From Promethearchaeota archaeon (lineage in GTDB: Archaea > Asgardarchaeota > Lokiarchaeia > Sigyniarchaeales > Promethearchaeaceae), in the NCBI GenBank assembly GCA_016933055.1, contig JAFGBS010000002.1:60001-92000 (forward strand): DNA of 32,000 nt, written 5' to 3'. A program made the translations under genes and the position numbers. Position 1 is the first letter of the stretch. Each line of letters begins with the position of its first letter. This document shows positions 15,101 through 23,650 of the stretch, piece after piece. The notes under the pieces are model-generated. The model was not told the DNA's origin. It was given only the letters and a program-made list of their open reading frames with translations, and did not search any database.

Positions 15101-17042
15101 GGTGATTCAAGGGATTAATTGTGAAATTTTACCCACTTCAATCGTGGAAATCTACAGTTCAGATTTTGAAAAAGTGTTTAAAACAAGAATTGACCGAATA
15201 AGTAGACATAAAGCTCCTAATTTTTTTTGCAAAGTCAAATTTTCTAATGGACGATCGGTTATCGTCACTCCAGAGCATCCTATGTATGTGTTTAAGAACG
15301 GCGAGATTATGACCATCCCTGCTGAATATTGTAAAGAGGGGGATTTTATACCAGCTCCCTCATTTCTACCAAACTCTAGTGAACCTATAGAATTAGAGGG
15401 ACTTATTCCACCACTAGATTCAAATTCTAAGACAATTTTCCTACCAAGGAGTCTTAACAACAATATTGCACGTATTTTGGGATATCAGATTGACATAGAT
15501 CAATATTGTTGGGGATCAGCAGTAGAAATCGGATTTTCTAGTAAGGTTCTCACAGTGATCAATGATATTACACAATTATGTCAAAACGAATTTCATCTCA
15601 GTCCTACGTTTTCCACGCAACCAAATGGATTAATTACGTTGCATTTTAATTCTTTGGAATTATGTAGATGGTTTCATGCAAATTTTAGAGAAATACTGAA
15701 ATCAGACCGATATAAACGAATACCATCGAAAATCATGGCTGGAAGTAAATCCATAGCACGCTCCTTTCTCCAAGCCGTATTTAAAAAAAATGGTAGAATA
15801 AAATCGGATTCCATATGTTACCAGAGTAGATCCGATGGATTTTCAAGAGACATTCAAGATTTACTCCTCAAATTAGAAATACGATCCCGTATCATTCAGG
15901 AAATCCATAATCATGACTCCTATCAAGTACAAATTTGTGCTCATAGTTATTTAAAATTCTTTAGACTAATAATTGAGAAAGATGACAAACGGTTCAATAA
16001 GATTCTGAATCTGGTGAAGAAGAGTCCCCAGCCAAATGATCATAGAAAAATTCATTGGGAACACATCACAGAAATCCGGAAAATTTCTAATAAAGGAGAG
16101 TATTTCACTCCGTGGGTATATGATATAACCGTAGAACCCAATCATACCTTTATTTCTCAAGGCGTAATTCTTCATAACACGGTTAGTGTCGCCAAGGCAG
16201 GTATAATTGCGACTTTGAGGGCTCGTACATCCATTATTGCTGCTGCAAATCCGAAGATGGGACGATATTCTGAATATAAAACTCCTTCAGAAAACATTAA
16301 TTTAAGTCCCCCGATCCTTTCTAGGTTCGATCTTATTTTTATAGTAAAAGATACTCCCGATGAAACTTTTGACCAAGAAATTGCAGACTTCATCTTGGAT
16401 ATGAACACCGAGGATGCGTTAACAAATACGGGAACCAACAAAGATCCTATTATACCAGGTGATGAGCTACAGAAATATATTAAATATGCTCGAAATAAAG
16501 TTGTTCCAAAATTAACCCCAGAAGCTCGAAAAGTGATTCGAGATTTTTATGTGGATCTACGAAAGGTAAATAGAAATGATGAAAATGCAGCAATTGCAGT
16601 TGTTGCAAGAAATCTAGAAGGTTATATCCGAATAGCAGAAGCATATGCAAGAATGGCTTTACGTAATTATGTAACCAAAGAGGATGCCGAAGATGTTTTA
16701 AAACTAGCTCGAAGGAGTCTAGACGATACTAGTAGAGACCCCGACACAGGAAAATATGATGCCGATCGAGTATTAACCGGAATATCAGCAGCACGAGCAA
16801 AAATTGTCGGATTTTTAGATGAACTCAAGAAGAAGATTGATGCTAATAATGGGCAACCTATTGATGAGGATCAATTTCTGGCAGATCTGGAATTTGATAA
16901 GGATATCGAAGGATCGAAACTGAGAAAATTATTAGAAAATCTTGTAAATGAAGGTACAGTTTACAGACCAAGTCCTGGCAAAATAGACTTATGTCCAGAT
17001 AGTGAAAAGGATGATATTCAGTTAAAAAATAAAAAAAAATAA
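12135..17042 (+). CDS. mcm: MCM replicative helicase precursor with two inteins (mature protein about 711 aa)
   Basis: LRKLRAEHIDRLV, Zn finger CPVC...CSNC, Walker A GDPGTGK|SQ, Walker B IIDEFDKM, HEAMEQQ|TVSVAKAG, AAANP, ILSRFDLIF, ARNLEGYIR, C-terminal winged helix. Confidence 0.97.
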   Translation: MVNAVGQPPQNPKTNFEDFFRNYEDSPNHFKYLEEIQNAALRKIQYIYVLFEDILYYDPSLAEILRKEPEETLKQGVDAFKDLLRYYSRGKIDDKRDYFVRITTNNNSNEVNLRKLRAEHIDRLVYIHGILIRASQIIPQITEAIFECPVCQLETRVEQIENALIVPKQCSNCKNKSGFMVKSKDSKFIDWQSIQIQELPEELQPGRVPYSIKGILTHDLVDITRPGDRVKITGIFKTYVNENSRGKKTTLFTPYMKILSIEAQNTERDALDISPEDEKEFKRLAAKPNIQEIIARSVAPSILGMDHLKMAAALALFGGVRKQMKDGSARRGDIHVLFVGDPGTGKSIHGDEKVYIGYPVEKKIKWNQIPIGDLIDNLMNDNREDILSINGSEILRLNEKNQLFTASFNSDTFKTQKAKIIEVSRHQTDNLIKITTNSGRRILTTPDHSFSTIINGKLKVLTANQLNQEIYLPVARHLELNDSLISNFADMTINILENENISANNIHEPCKLLKSNHIGKMEACENANITHGTFNIYTGNLGSLPRGDWIRTKFDTPWFPRTIPFTEEFGRLIGSYLVEGNSEKTILKITNTNDEIKNILYYDFHKIFQKSIIIENGCLLYQSNIYKWFKINFGTCATNKKIPYHFFMTPKKFRKSILSAYFSGDGWIELKSATLNVLTKSKGLALSILDLLTTFGIYGSYHIKKKKKGEYTDNKYYQIKITGKELYKYAKLIGFISAKKQRTLESFVKTWISRKRYQSNDIIPNIGNLINDVDNQLEHVGKRRSRERSYKGELWAKNCRQRVERIYLQNKVEKLKEIFEQKNKAYSDELLRLEQLAYSDIFWDTIISIEPVKGKFLVYDIGTSDGHFVVANGNLIVHNSQILKQCAHISPQAIYASGKGSSAAGLTAAVVRENDAAGLSLEAGALVLADGGNAIIDEFDKMDNRDRVAIHEAMEQQSYHPQTEILTTYGERIQIGKFVDFLMKNHSQQVIQGINCEILPTSIVEIYSSDFEKVFKTRIDRISRHKAPNFFCKVKFSNGRSVIVTPEHPMYVFKNGEIMTIPAEYCKEGDFIPAPSFLPNSSEPIELEGLIPPLDSNSKTIFLPRSLNNNIARILGYQIDIDQYCWGSAVEIGFSSKVLTVINDITQLCQNEFHLSPTFSTQPNGLITLHFNSLELCRWFHANFREILKSDRYKRIPSKIMAGSKSIARSFLQAVFKKNGRIKSDSICYQSRSDGFSRDIQDLLLKLEIRSRIIQEIHNHDSYQVQICAHSYLKFFRLIIEKDDKRFNKILNLVKKSPQPNDHRKIHWEHITEIRKISNKGEYFTPWVYDITVEPNHTFISQGVILHNTVSVAKAGIIATLRARTSIIAAANPKMGRYSEYKTPSENINLSPPILSRFDLIFIVKDTPDETFDQEIADFILDMNTEDALTNTGTNKDPIIPGDELQKYIKYARNKVVPKLTPEARKVIRDFYVDLRKVNRNDENAAIAVVARNLEGYIRIAEAYARMALRNYVTKEDAEDVLKLARRSLDDTSRDPDTGKYDADRVLTGISAARAKIVGFLDELKKKIDANNGQPIDEDQFLADLEFDKDIEGSKLRKLLENLVNEGTVYRPSPGKIDLCPDSEKDDIQLKNKKK
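13173..14771 (+). mobile_element. Intein 1 in MCM Walker A (533 aa) with LAGLIDADG homing endonuclease
   Basis: Inserted between GDPGTGK and SQILK. Starts with Ser (SIHGDE), block B TTPDH, ends IVHN. LAGLIDADG blocks LIGSYLVEG and LSAYFSGDG. Confidence 0.93.
15006..16178 (+). mobile_element. Intein 2 in MCM (391 aa) with degenerate homing endonuclease
   Basis: Inserted between HEAMEQQ and TVSVAKAG. Starts SYHPQTE, block B VTPEH, ends ILHN. Endonuclease blocks read ILGYQIDIDQ and LQAVFKKNG. Confidence 0.93.
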
Positions 17043-17065
17043 AATAATGTTATGAAGATGAAGAT

Positions 17066-17275
17066 TTACTCAAGATTTATAGCAAGCTTCATGTCATCTT
17101 CAGTTAATTTCTTTCGTTGGGCATGTCGAGATAGTTCTAATGCTTTATTTGTTAATTCTTTTGCAATATATTCTAAATGAGCAATTAACTCATCTACAGC
17201 TTCTCGACTGACCATTTCTGCCCCACAACTCTTCATTAACTCTTTAATAGGGGACCAGGCAAATACTTTTGGCAT
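17066..17275 (-). CDS. Archaeal histone (HMf-like, tailless)
   Basis: Histone fold FAWSPIKELMKSCGAEMVSREAV...SRHAQRKKLTEDDMKLA. Confidence 0.93.
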   Translation of the reverse strand: MPKVFAWSPIKELMKSCGAEMVSREAVDELIAHLEYIAKELTNKALELSRHAQRKKLTEDDMKLAINLE

Positions 17276-17431
17276 GATAGTTTCCTCCGCAATTTTTTTT
17301 GTTATTTTGTATAGAAGCCCTTTTCAGAGCAACTATGAACTATATGTGGGATTCCATTAATAAATTTAACGGAATATGAGGTTTTGGAAGAGATTTTGCG
17401 AGTTCGACAAAAAGTAGGGAAATTGTAATTT

Positions 17432-17502
17432 CTGCCAGATCTGAAGGACCGGGGCACTGATTCGGAGATCAAATTGTGAAATCACATCTCCATCGGCAGT
17501 GC
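17432..17502. ncRNA. Candidate structured RNA element of unassigned class
   Basis: About 52% GC island in an AT-rich intergenic region with several helices: GCACTG/CAGTGC, GGAGAT/ATCTCC, CTGCC/GGCAG, GATCT/AGATC. Confidence 0.4.
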
Positions 17503-17670
17503 AATAAAAGAGTAGAAAATTACGAATTTGTTAATCAGAAAACCCCTAAAATTTCTTCAACAAATTAAATTATCCAATTTTTCTTCGTAAATGGACTATT
17601 TATAGAAATTTAAAAAAACGATCCGATGTTCCCAATTATTTATCTTCAAAGAGTTTCTACTATGATGTGT

Positions 17671-18762
17671 ATGAAATCCAAAAAGATTGCATTGATCATG
17701 GGTGATGGGATTGGCAAAGAAGTAATTCCTGAGGCAAAACAAATATTGCTTACTATCGCAAATCATACCGATCATCGATTTGATTTTCTAGAAATTCCTG
17801 CGGGTGGAGAGGTCTGGAAAGAGACAGGACAATCCATAACCGATGCTTCTTTTGAAAAATTAAGAACTGTAGATGCCATTGTATTAGGTGCACTGGGTAT
17901 ACCCGGACTACCGCAAGGTGTAGCAGAATATGCAGTTCTAAAAATTCGACAAGAATTCAATCAATATGTGAATTTACGTCCCATTTTTCTTTATGAACCC
18001 TTGAGGGATATCTGTCCATTAAAAGATGAATTTATTGGGGATGGAATTAATATGTTCATTCTCAGGGAAAATAGTGAGGGAATTTATTCTAAGATCGGAG
18101 GTAAAGTTCAAGATCGGGCCACAATCGATACTATGATCTTTACAGAATTGGGAGTAAAGCGAATCTTAGAGTTTGCATTTGAGTTTGCCCACAAAAAAAA
18201 TCATACGAGGATATGTTCCGTAGATAAAGCAAATTTACTATATACTTCTACGATGTGGCGATCTATGTTTAAGGAGCTGGGGGAAAAATATCCAAATTTA
18301 GAAAAAAAGAGCTATTACATAGATGCGTTTTGCCAGTGGTTAATTCGAGCACCCTATCAATTTCAGACTGTAGTGAGCTCGAACATGTTTGGAGATATAA
18401 TCAGTGATGAAGCTGCATTTTTAGCAGGATCATTAGGTATGGTAGCTAGTGCAAATCTTAATCCAAGTCCAAATGGAATTTCTATGTTCGAACCAATTCA
18501 CGGCTCTGCACCTGATATCGCTGGAGATAATATCGCAAATCCCATTGCATCTATTTTATCCATAGGATTAATGATGGAACTGGTATTTGCAGATTCATAT
18601 ATAGGGGAAATTCTGCATCATTCCATCGCAAGTGTATTAGAAACCCATCGAACTCCTGATATTTACCCCAAGATTAAGGAGAAACCCAAAGTAAAAAAAG
18701 TTACTACGCAGGAAATGGGTAAATTAATTCAGAACATAGTTTCAAATGAATTACGTAAATAG
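17671..18762 (+). CDS. Isocitrate/isopropylmalate dehydrogenase family enzyme (LeuB-like; could be homoisocitrate or tartrate dehydrogenase)
   Basis: GDGIGKEV, YVNLRP, RENSEGIY, SVDKANLL, NMFGDIISDEAA, FEPIHGSAPDIAG. Confidence 0.88.
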   Translation: MKSKKIALIMGDGIGKEVIPEAKQILLTIANHTDHRFDFLEIPAGGEVWKETGQSITDASFEKLRTVDAIVLGALGIPGLPQGVAEYAVLKIRQEFNQYVNLRPIFLYEPLRDICPLKDEFIGDGINMFILRENSEGIYSKIGGKVQDRATIDTMIFTELGVKRILEFAFEFAHKKNHTRICSVDKANLLYTSTMWRSMFKELGEKYPNLEKKSYYIDAFCQWLIRAPYQFQTVVSSNMFGDIISDEAAFLAGSLGMVASANLNPSPNGISMFEPIHGSAPDIAGDNIANPIASILSIGLMMELVFADSYIGEILHHSIASVLETHRTPDIYPKIKEKPKVKKVTTQEMGKLIQNIVSNELRK

Positions 18763-18886
18763 AACTCTAATCGTCTAAAAGAACCAAGATTTTTTGTTGA
18801 ATACCCGTAAGTTCTTGCGAAATCTCTTCTAATGGATTTTTTATTTCCTTTGTAGCAACGCGTTCTTCGTCTTTTTTGGGATTCCG

Positions 18887-19114
18887 TTAATCTGTGGAGA
18901 GATCAAAAAAATCAAATGTGGTTAATCGTCCTCTATCGTGTAGATCTCTATCTAATTGTAATATGGTATAATGGGAGGGGTTTCCGTGTTTTACAATAAT
19001 GGGATAAGGTAATCTCTTAGCTTGTAATACGGCTTCTTTAAGTTTCTCAGTTTTTCGGATGCTAATAAAATCATTACAAAAAGGACAAAACCATCGGATA
19101 GATTTCTCGGACAT
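18887..19114 (-). CDS. Small putative Zn-binding protein (CxxC...HxxxxH); frame stays open past the TAA to 18767
   Basis: WFCPFC...KHGNPSH...LDRDLHDRG. It follows the GIFT-domain gene after 13 nt. Confidence 0.7.
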   Translation of the reverse strand: MSEKSIRWFCPFCNDFISIRKTEKLKEAVLQAKRLPYPIIVKHGNPSHYTILQLDRDLHDRGRLTTFDFFDLSTD

Positions 19115-19127
19115 TAAAATTACACCT

Positions 19128-20480
19128 CTATTCTTTCTTTTTGTACGTCATTTCCAATTCTTTTATGCGACTTAAGGTCCGGTTGAGATCGTTGTTCAAT
19201 CGTTCTGTTTGCTTGTTATATTGTTCTTTTGTGTAGGAACCGTTTTTGTATTTAGAATCAACTAAATCCCTCAAATTTTCAATAGAGTTCAGCTTATTTT
19301 TAAGCGTCTCTAGTTCGGCAGCAATTTCTTCTTTGGTTAGCGGGAGTTGTTCGTCATCGGGTTCCTCCTTCTTGGAAGGTTTAGAGGTTGGTTTCTTTTT
19401 TGGTTTTGTCATGGATTTCGGTCTTTCAGGCATTTCAGTCAACAGATTGGGTTCTGGTTCTAGTTTCAATTCTAGTTCTGGAAGTGGACTGGGTTCGAAT
19501 GGAATAGGTTCATCAATTTTTTTCTGGGTTTCCAAAATCTGTTCTTCCGAGCTTAATATCGTATTGATTATGTTTTGCACTTGATCCTTGAGAACAGTTA
19601 TTTCTTCTAATAATCCATAAAAGAGAGCGGCAAGGTCGGATTTATCAGAAATTATAATACGAGACGATAGGTTTAATTTAGATTGAGGTATCCCACTTGG
19701 GGATAGGGGACTCGATGAGATATCACCGATATTATGAGAAATCTCTTGTATGTTGATTTTAGGTTCGATTTCCCCTGTTTTTATCTTTTCACGGTAGTCT
19801 GTTTTCAACCAATTAAAGATGTTGGTGCAAAATTCTTTGTGGCCTGCATGTTGGAATCCACCCGGAATTTCATTGCGAAACATTTCATAACTTCCGATTC
19901 CTACCACTCTGCCTTCTTGAACTTCTGCTGTAACAACCAAAGGAGTGGAAAATGGTTCAGATTCTTCATTTGAAATTGCAACGGGAACTACATTTAATCC
20001 CAGCGTGCTTAAACTGCATCCAGCGCGGAAACAAAGAGAGGTGATTCCTTCGGTGATAGGATGAGGGGGTGTGAAATTTGTAATTTCGGGGAGATTTTCT
20101 AAACCAAAATTTTTCGTATAGTCTAACACTTGATCGTTTTCATAACTAAATCCAAATTTCTCGACAAGTTCACTAAGATTGGATCTTCTTCCTTTATCTC
20201 CTCCAGCATGGGATAAACAAAGCAATCCTCCTCCATCTTCCTTTACCCATTGCGCAATCGCATCAATTTCATTTGTAGAAAATTTTGCAAAATCGGGGCA
20301 GGGGATGACAAGGAGATCAAATGCGGAAAGATTTTGCCTTGTGATTGGAAACTCCATAAAAGTTTGACAAACAAATCCCATAGATTCCAAATGTTCTTTT
20401 AGTTCACTATAATTTCCACTAATCTTGGCACGGGGTTTATGGGCTTCATCAAAAGCTACCAAATAAGAACTAGTTGTCAT
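19128..20480 (-). CDS. GIFT (GldG/IFT52-like, DUF4350-type) domain protein with Pro/Lys-rich linker and C-terminal helical/coiled-coil domain
   Basis: VAFDEAH, DLLVIPCP...FSTNEIDAIAQWVKEDGGGLLCL, NLSELVEKFGF...D.V.D, HPITEGI, GRVVGIGS..MF, NIFNWL. Confidence 0.72.
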   Translation of the reverse strand: MTTSSYLVAFDEAHKPRAKISGNYSELKEHLESMGFVCQTFMEFPITRQNLSAFDLLVIPCPDFAKFSTNEIDAIAQWVKEDGGGLLCLSHAGGDKGRRSNLSELVEKFGFSYENDQVLDYTKNFGLENLPEITNFTPPHPITEGITSLCFRAGCSLSTLGLNVVPVAISNEESEPFSTPLVVTAEVQEGRVVGIGSYEMFRNEIPGGFQHAGHKEFCTNIFNWLKTDYREKIKTGEIEPKINIQEISHNIGDISSSPLSPSGIPQSKLNLSSRIIISDKSDLAALFYGLLEEITVLKDQVQNIINTILSSEEQILETQKKIDEPIPFEPSPLPELELKLEPEPNLLTEMPERPKSMTKPKKKPTSKPSKKEEPDDEQLPLTKEEIAAELETLKNKLNSIENLRDLVDSKYKNGSYTKEQYNKQTERLNNDLNRTLSRIKELEMTYKKKE

Positions 20481-20523
20481 TTTGCATATTCCTTTTTTCT
20501 AGTTGTACTATTATTGATAATTG

Positions 20524-21735
20524 TTATAATGTAGTAGATTTATTATTTTTTGAAGATCGTATATTGGATTGATCCCCGATTATCATATTATTTTTAATAA
20601 TATCATCCATAATTACATTATCTCCGATAATCGAATTTTGAGTAATGATCCGTTCTAGATGGCAGCCGTCACCGATAACAGAATTTCGGATTATACAATC
20701 CTGCAAAACACAGTTGTCTCCTAAGGAGCAATATGGTCCGATCACACAGTTTCGTATCTGAACATCTTTTCCAATAAAAGAAGGAGAGTTAAGAGAGGAA
20801 TTTGTTAATTCTCCTATTAAATCTCCCAAAACATTGTCTTGCTGGGTTAGTAGGAATTTGTTTCCTTGTAGTAAGGTGCCATGTTTACCAAAATCTAGAA
20901 TGCCCTTGTTAAATTCCATGGGAGCTAATTTAAAACCATTTTTTACTAACTCATCTAACGCAGGAGTTAGCTGGGCTTCTCCTTCTCGATGTTCGAATTT
21001 GGACACTTCTTTTTTTAGATATTTGTATAAATTTTTCATAGTTTTAGGTTTGAATCCATACACACCAGCGATGGCAAGATTGGAATGAGATGATTTGGGT
21101 TTTTCTACTAATTTTTCAATAAGTCCCGTTTCCTTGTCAACAGTAACAATTCCATAACTACTGATTCGGGTTCTTGGTACTTTCATGATTCCAATAACAC
21201 CATCCACATCGATTCCATGAGAATGTAGAGGGGAAGCTCCTATCTCATTATTGTCTTTGAAGTCGTCTGCACGGTTTTCACTTTTTATATTCACTTCTTC
21301 CCCACATAGTAGGGAGATAAATTCGGCATAACCATCTAAAGGTACCATATCATTAAGATTGATAATAGCAAAGTCATTTCGATCGGTGGAATCATAAGAA
21401 GATATTTTATTTTTATACCAATTTTCAGAAAGCAAAATTGCTTGTCCCAGACCCCCAAAATACGGGATATTTCCATGAAATCCTTTTGGTTCTTGGGATT
21501 CAAAACTTAAATCAAAAAATGATGAATAATAATTTCTCAAATATTGTTGAACCGCTCGTTCTTCTGAACCCGTGATAATTAATAGATCAGAAGGAGGAGA
21601 TGCAATCTGTGTGAATTTATCCAATATATGATCAATTAATCGTTTCCCCGCTACTTTAAGAAAGCCTTTTGGTTTACTAAAAGTGAACGGGCGAAGTCGT
21701 GTGCCCACCCCCGCCATGGGAACGACAAATTTCAT
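20524..21735 (-). CDS. Sugar-phosphate nucleotidyltransferase (RmlA/GlmU-like) with C-terminal left-handed beta-helix
   Basis: PMAGVGTRLRPFTFSKPKG, SSYGIV, LVEKPK, AIAGVYGF, DFGK, hexapeptide repeats. Confidence 0.9.
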   Translation of the reverse strand: MKFVVPMAGVGTRLRPFTFSKPKGFLKVAGKRLIDHILDKFTQIASPPSDLLIITGSEERAVQQYLRNYYSSFFDLSFESQEPKGFHGNIPYFGGLGQAILLSENWYKNKISSYDSTDRNDFAIINLNDMVPLDGYAEFISLLCGEEVNIKSENRADDFKDNNEIGASPLHSHGIDVDGVIGIMKVPRTRISSYGIVTVDKETGLIEKLVEKPKSSHSNLAIAGVYGFKPKTMKNLYKYLKKEVSKFEHREGEAQLTPALDELVKNGFKLAPMEFNKGILDFGKHGTLLQGNKFLLTQQDNVLGDLIGELTNSSLNSPSFIGKDVQIRNCVIGPYCSLGDNCVLQDCIIRNSVIGDGCHLERIITQNSIIGDNVIMDDIIKNNMIIGDQSNIRSSKNNKSTTL

Positions 21736-22163
21736 TGAATCATTACTCGTCGAATGATTTTTTTACCAACTACATCCCAAAATTCCGCTTGGGAATCCCC
21801 AATTTGTTCGGGATTATTTTTGAGAGTTTCTAATTTATTAATTGCGTCTTCTTCGTCAGTTGGCCAATCACAGTGTAAGGTTTCAAAAGTTTCTAAATCC
21901 ATTAAAGTCACACTATTGTCTGAAACATCCGTAATCTGGCCAGTACTTTTTACTATTTCCGGAATATCTATCATCGCATCTGCGGTAAACATGACACTGC
22001 GTTTCTTTTTATCGAATAATCCTTCACAAGATATTCGCATTTTAGCATGTCCATGCTTTCCAGATTTTGAATGTTCTGTGCTAATCACTGAACAGGGTTC
22101 TCCATCGACCATAAAATAATTTCCTTTTTTAAGCTTGTTTGCTGTTGTTCGTCTTAAACTCAT
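21732..22163 (-). CDS. eif5a: Translation factor aIF5A (eIF5A)
   Basis: Hypusine loop SKSGKHGHAKMR. The stop overlaps the start of the next gene (ATGA). Confidence 0.97.
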   Translation of the reverse strand: MSLRRTTANKLKKGNYFMVDGEPCSVISTEHSKSGKHGHAKMRISCEGLFDKKKRSVMFTADAMIDIPEIVKSTGQITDVSDNSVTLMDLETFETLHCDWPTDEEDAINKLETLKNNPEQIGDSQAEFWDVVGKKIIRRVMIQ

Positions 22164-22231
22164 ATAAAAACACTATTTTTTTCTAATTAGTTCTAATCTA
22201 AGTATTTCCAATATTTGAAACTTTTTGAGAG

Positions 22232-22246
22232 TTTATAAATTTAAAA
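22232..22246. promoter_or_regulatory. Probable bidirectional TATA region between aIF5A and srp54
   Basis: TTTATAAATTTAAAA lies centrally between the divergent starts. Confidence 0.4.
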
Positions 22247-22280
22247 TGGGTGCTTCATTGATGATAAGAGTAGAAAGTAC

Positions 22281-23636
22281 ATGGTAATGGAAAAATTTGG
22301 TAAATCATTGGATAATATGATTCGGAAGATCCGAAAACTCCCTCGAATTGACAAGGATGCTTTGAAGTTAGTGATCCAAGATTTTCAAAGAGCCTTATTA
22401 TCCGCCGATGTAAACGTGGAAATTTGTCTTGCAGTAACTGAAAATATTAAAAAGAAAGCGTTTAATGAAAAGATCGCTACAGGAATTGCCCGTAAGGACT
22501 TTGTCATAAAACTAATCCATGATGAACTCGTTACTCTGCTAGGAGGAAATCAAAATGTTCGAAAACTTAAATCCAACCGCTTAAATATCATTCTGATGGT
22601 GGGAATCCAAGGATCGGGAAAAACTACTACTGTTGGGAAATTATCCCATTATTACCGTAGCAAAGGATTTAAAGTGGGGGTTGTATCTGCCGATACATGG
22701 AGACCAGGAGCTTACCAGCAGTTGGATCAATTATTGACTCCACTACGAGTTCCACTCTTTGGAGAACCTGAAGAAAAAAATGCTTTGAAGATAGTAAAAA
22801 AGGGGATTAGACATTTTACGAATGAAAATGTCGATATTATAATCGTAGATACTGCAGGACGGCATAAAGAAGAGAAAAACTTGATGAATGAAGTCCAGAA
22901 AATGGAAAAAATGATTAAACCAGACGAGGTAATTTTAGTTATTGATGGCACACTTGGTCAGCAAGCATATTCTCAAGCGAAAGCATTTTCCGAAGCAACC
23001 CATGTAGGTTCTATTATCGTGACAAAACTGGATGGATCAGCAAAGGGTGGAGGAGCTTTGTCTGCGGTTGCTGCCACGAATGCTCCCATTAAATTTATTG
23101 GAGTGGGAGAGAGAATTGAGGCTTTGGAAGATTTCATACCCTCAAAGTTCGTTGGCAACCTACTTGGGATTCCGGATATTGAAGGAATCCTTGAGAAGAT
23201 TAAAGATGCAGAAATTGAACCCGATAAAGATATGGTAAAACGTTTGATGAAAGGAAAATTTACTTTAGATGATTTATACCAACAATTACAATCATTAAAG
23301 AAAATGGGTCCATTTAAGAAACTATTAACAATGATGGGAGGACAAAATATTCCCGATGAAATGAAAGATATGGCAGAATCCAATCTAGAGAATTGGAAAG
23401 TCGTTCTAAGCAGTATGACCCAATTTGAGAAAGAAAATCCCAATGTGATTAAAAAAAGTCGAATTGAACGGATCGCTAAGGGAAGTGGCAAAAGTTACTC
23501 GGATATTAAAGGATTATTGAAACAATATGATGATATGAAAAAAATGATTTCTCATATGACTAAACCTCGAAGAGGAAAGAAAGGTCCAGGGGGACTGCCA
23601 CCAGGTATGCCAGATCTTTCTAAACTAGGAATGTGA
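22281..23636 (+). CDS. srp54: Signal recognition particle protein SRP54
   Basis: GIQGSGKTT, DTWRPGA, DTAGRH, TKLDGSAKGGG, M domain (SMTQFE...SRIERIAKGSG). Confidence 0.98.
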   Translation: MVMEKFGKSLDNMIRKIRKLPRIDKDALKLVIQDFQRALLSADVNVEICLAVTENIKKKAFNEKIATGIARKDFVIKLIHDELVTLLGGNQNVRKLKSNRLNIILMVGIQGSGKTTTVGKLSHYYRSKGFKVGVVSADTWRPGAYQQLDQLLTPLRVPLFGEPEEKNALKIVKKGIRHFTNENVDIIIVDTAGRHKEEKNLMNEVQKMEKMIKPDEVILVIDGTLGQQAYSQAKAFSEATHVGSIIVTKLDGSAKGGGALSAVAATNAPIKFIGVGERIEALEDFIPSKFVGNLLGIPDIEGILEKIKDAEIEPDKDMVKRLMKGKFTLDDLYQQLQSLKKMGPFKKLLTMMGGQNIPDEMKDMAESNLENWKVVLSSMTQFEKENPNVIKKSRIERIAKGSGKSYSDIKGLLKQYDDMKKMISHMTKPRRGKKGPGGLPPGMPDLSKLGM

Positions 23637-23650
23637 TCCTTGGGATTGGT

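Noticed and set aside
17432-17502. Hammerhead, twister, fluoride riboswitch, H/ACA RNA or SECIS assignment for the structured element
   Set aside because: Only partial matches: CTGAAGGA without a following GAAA, no ACA box, no AUGA/GA quartet with stem II, and no selenoprotein nearby.
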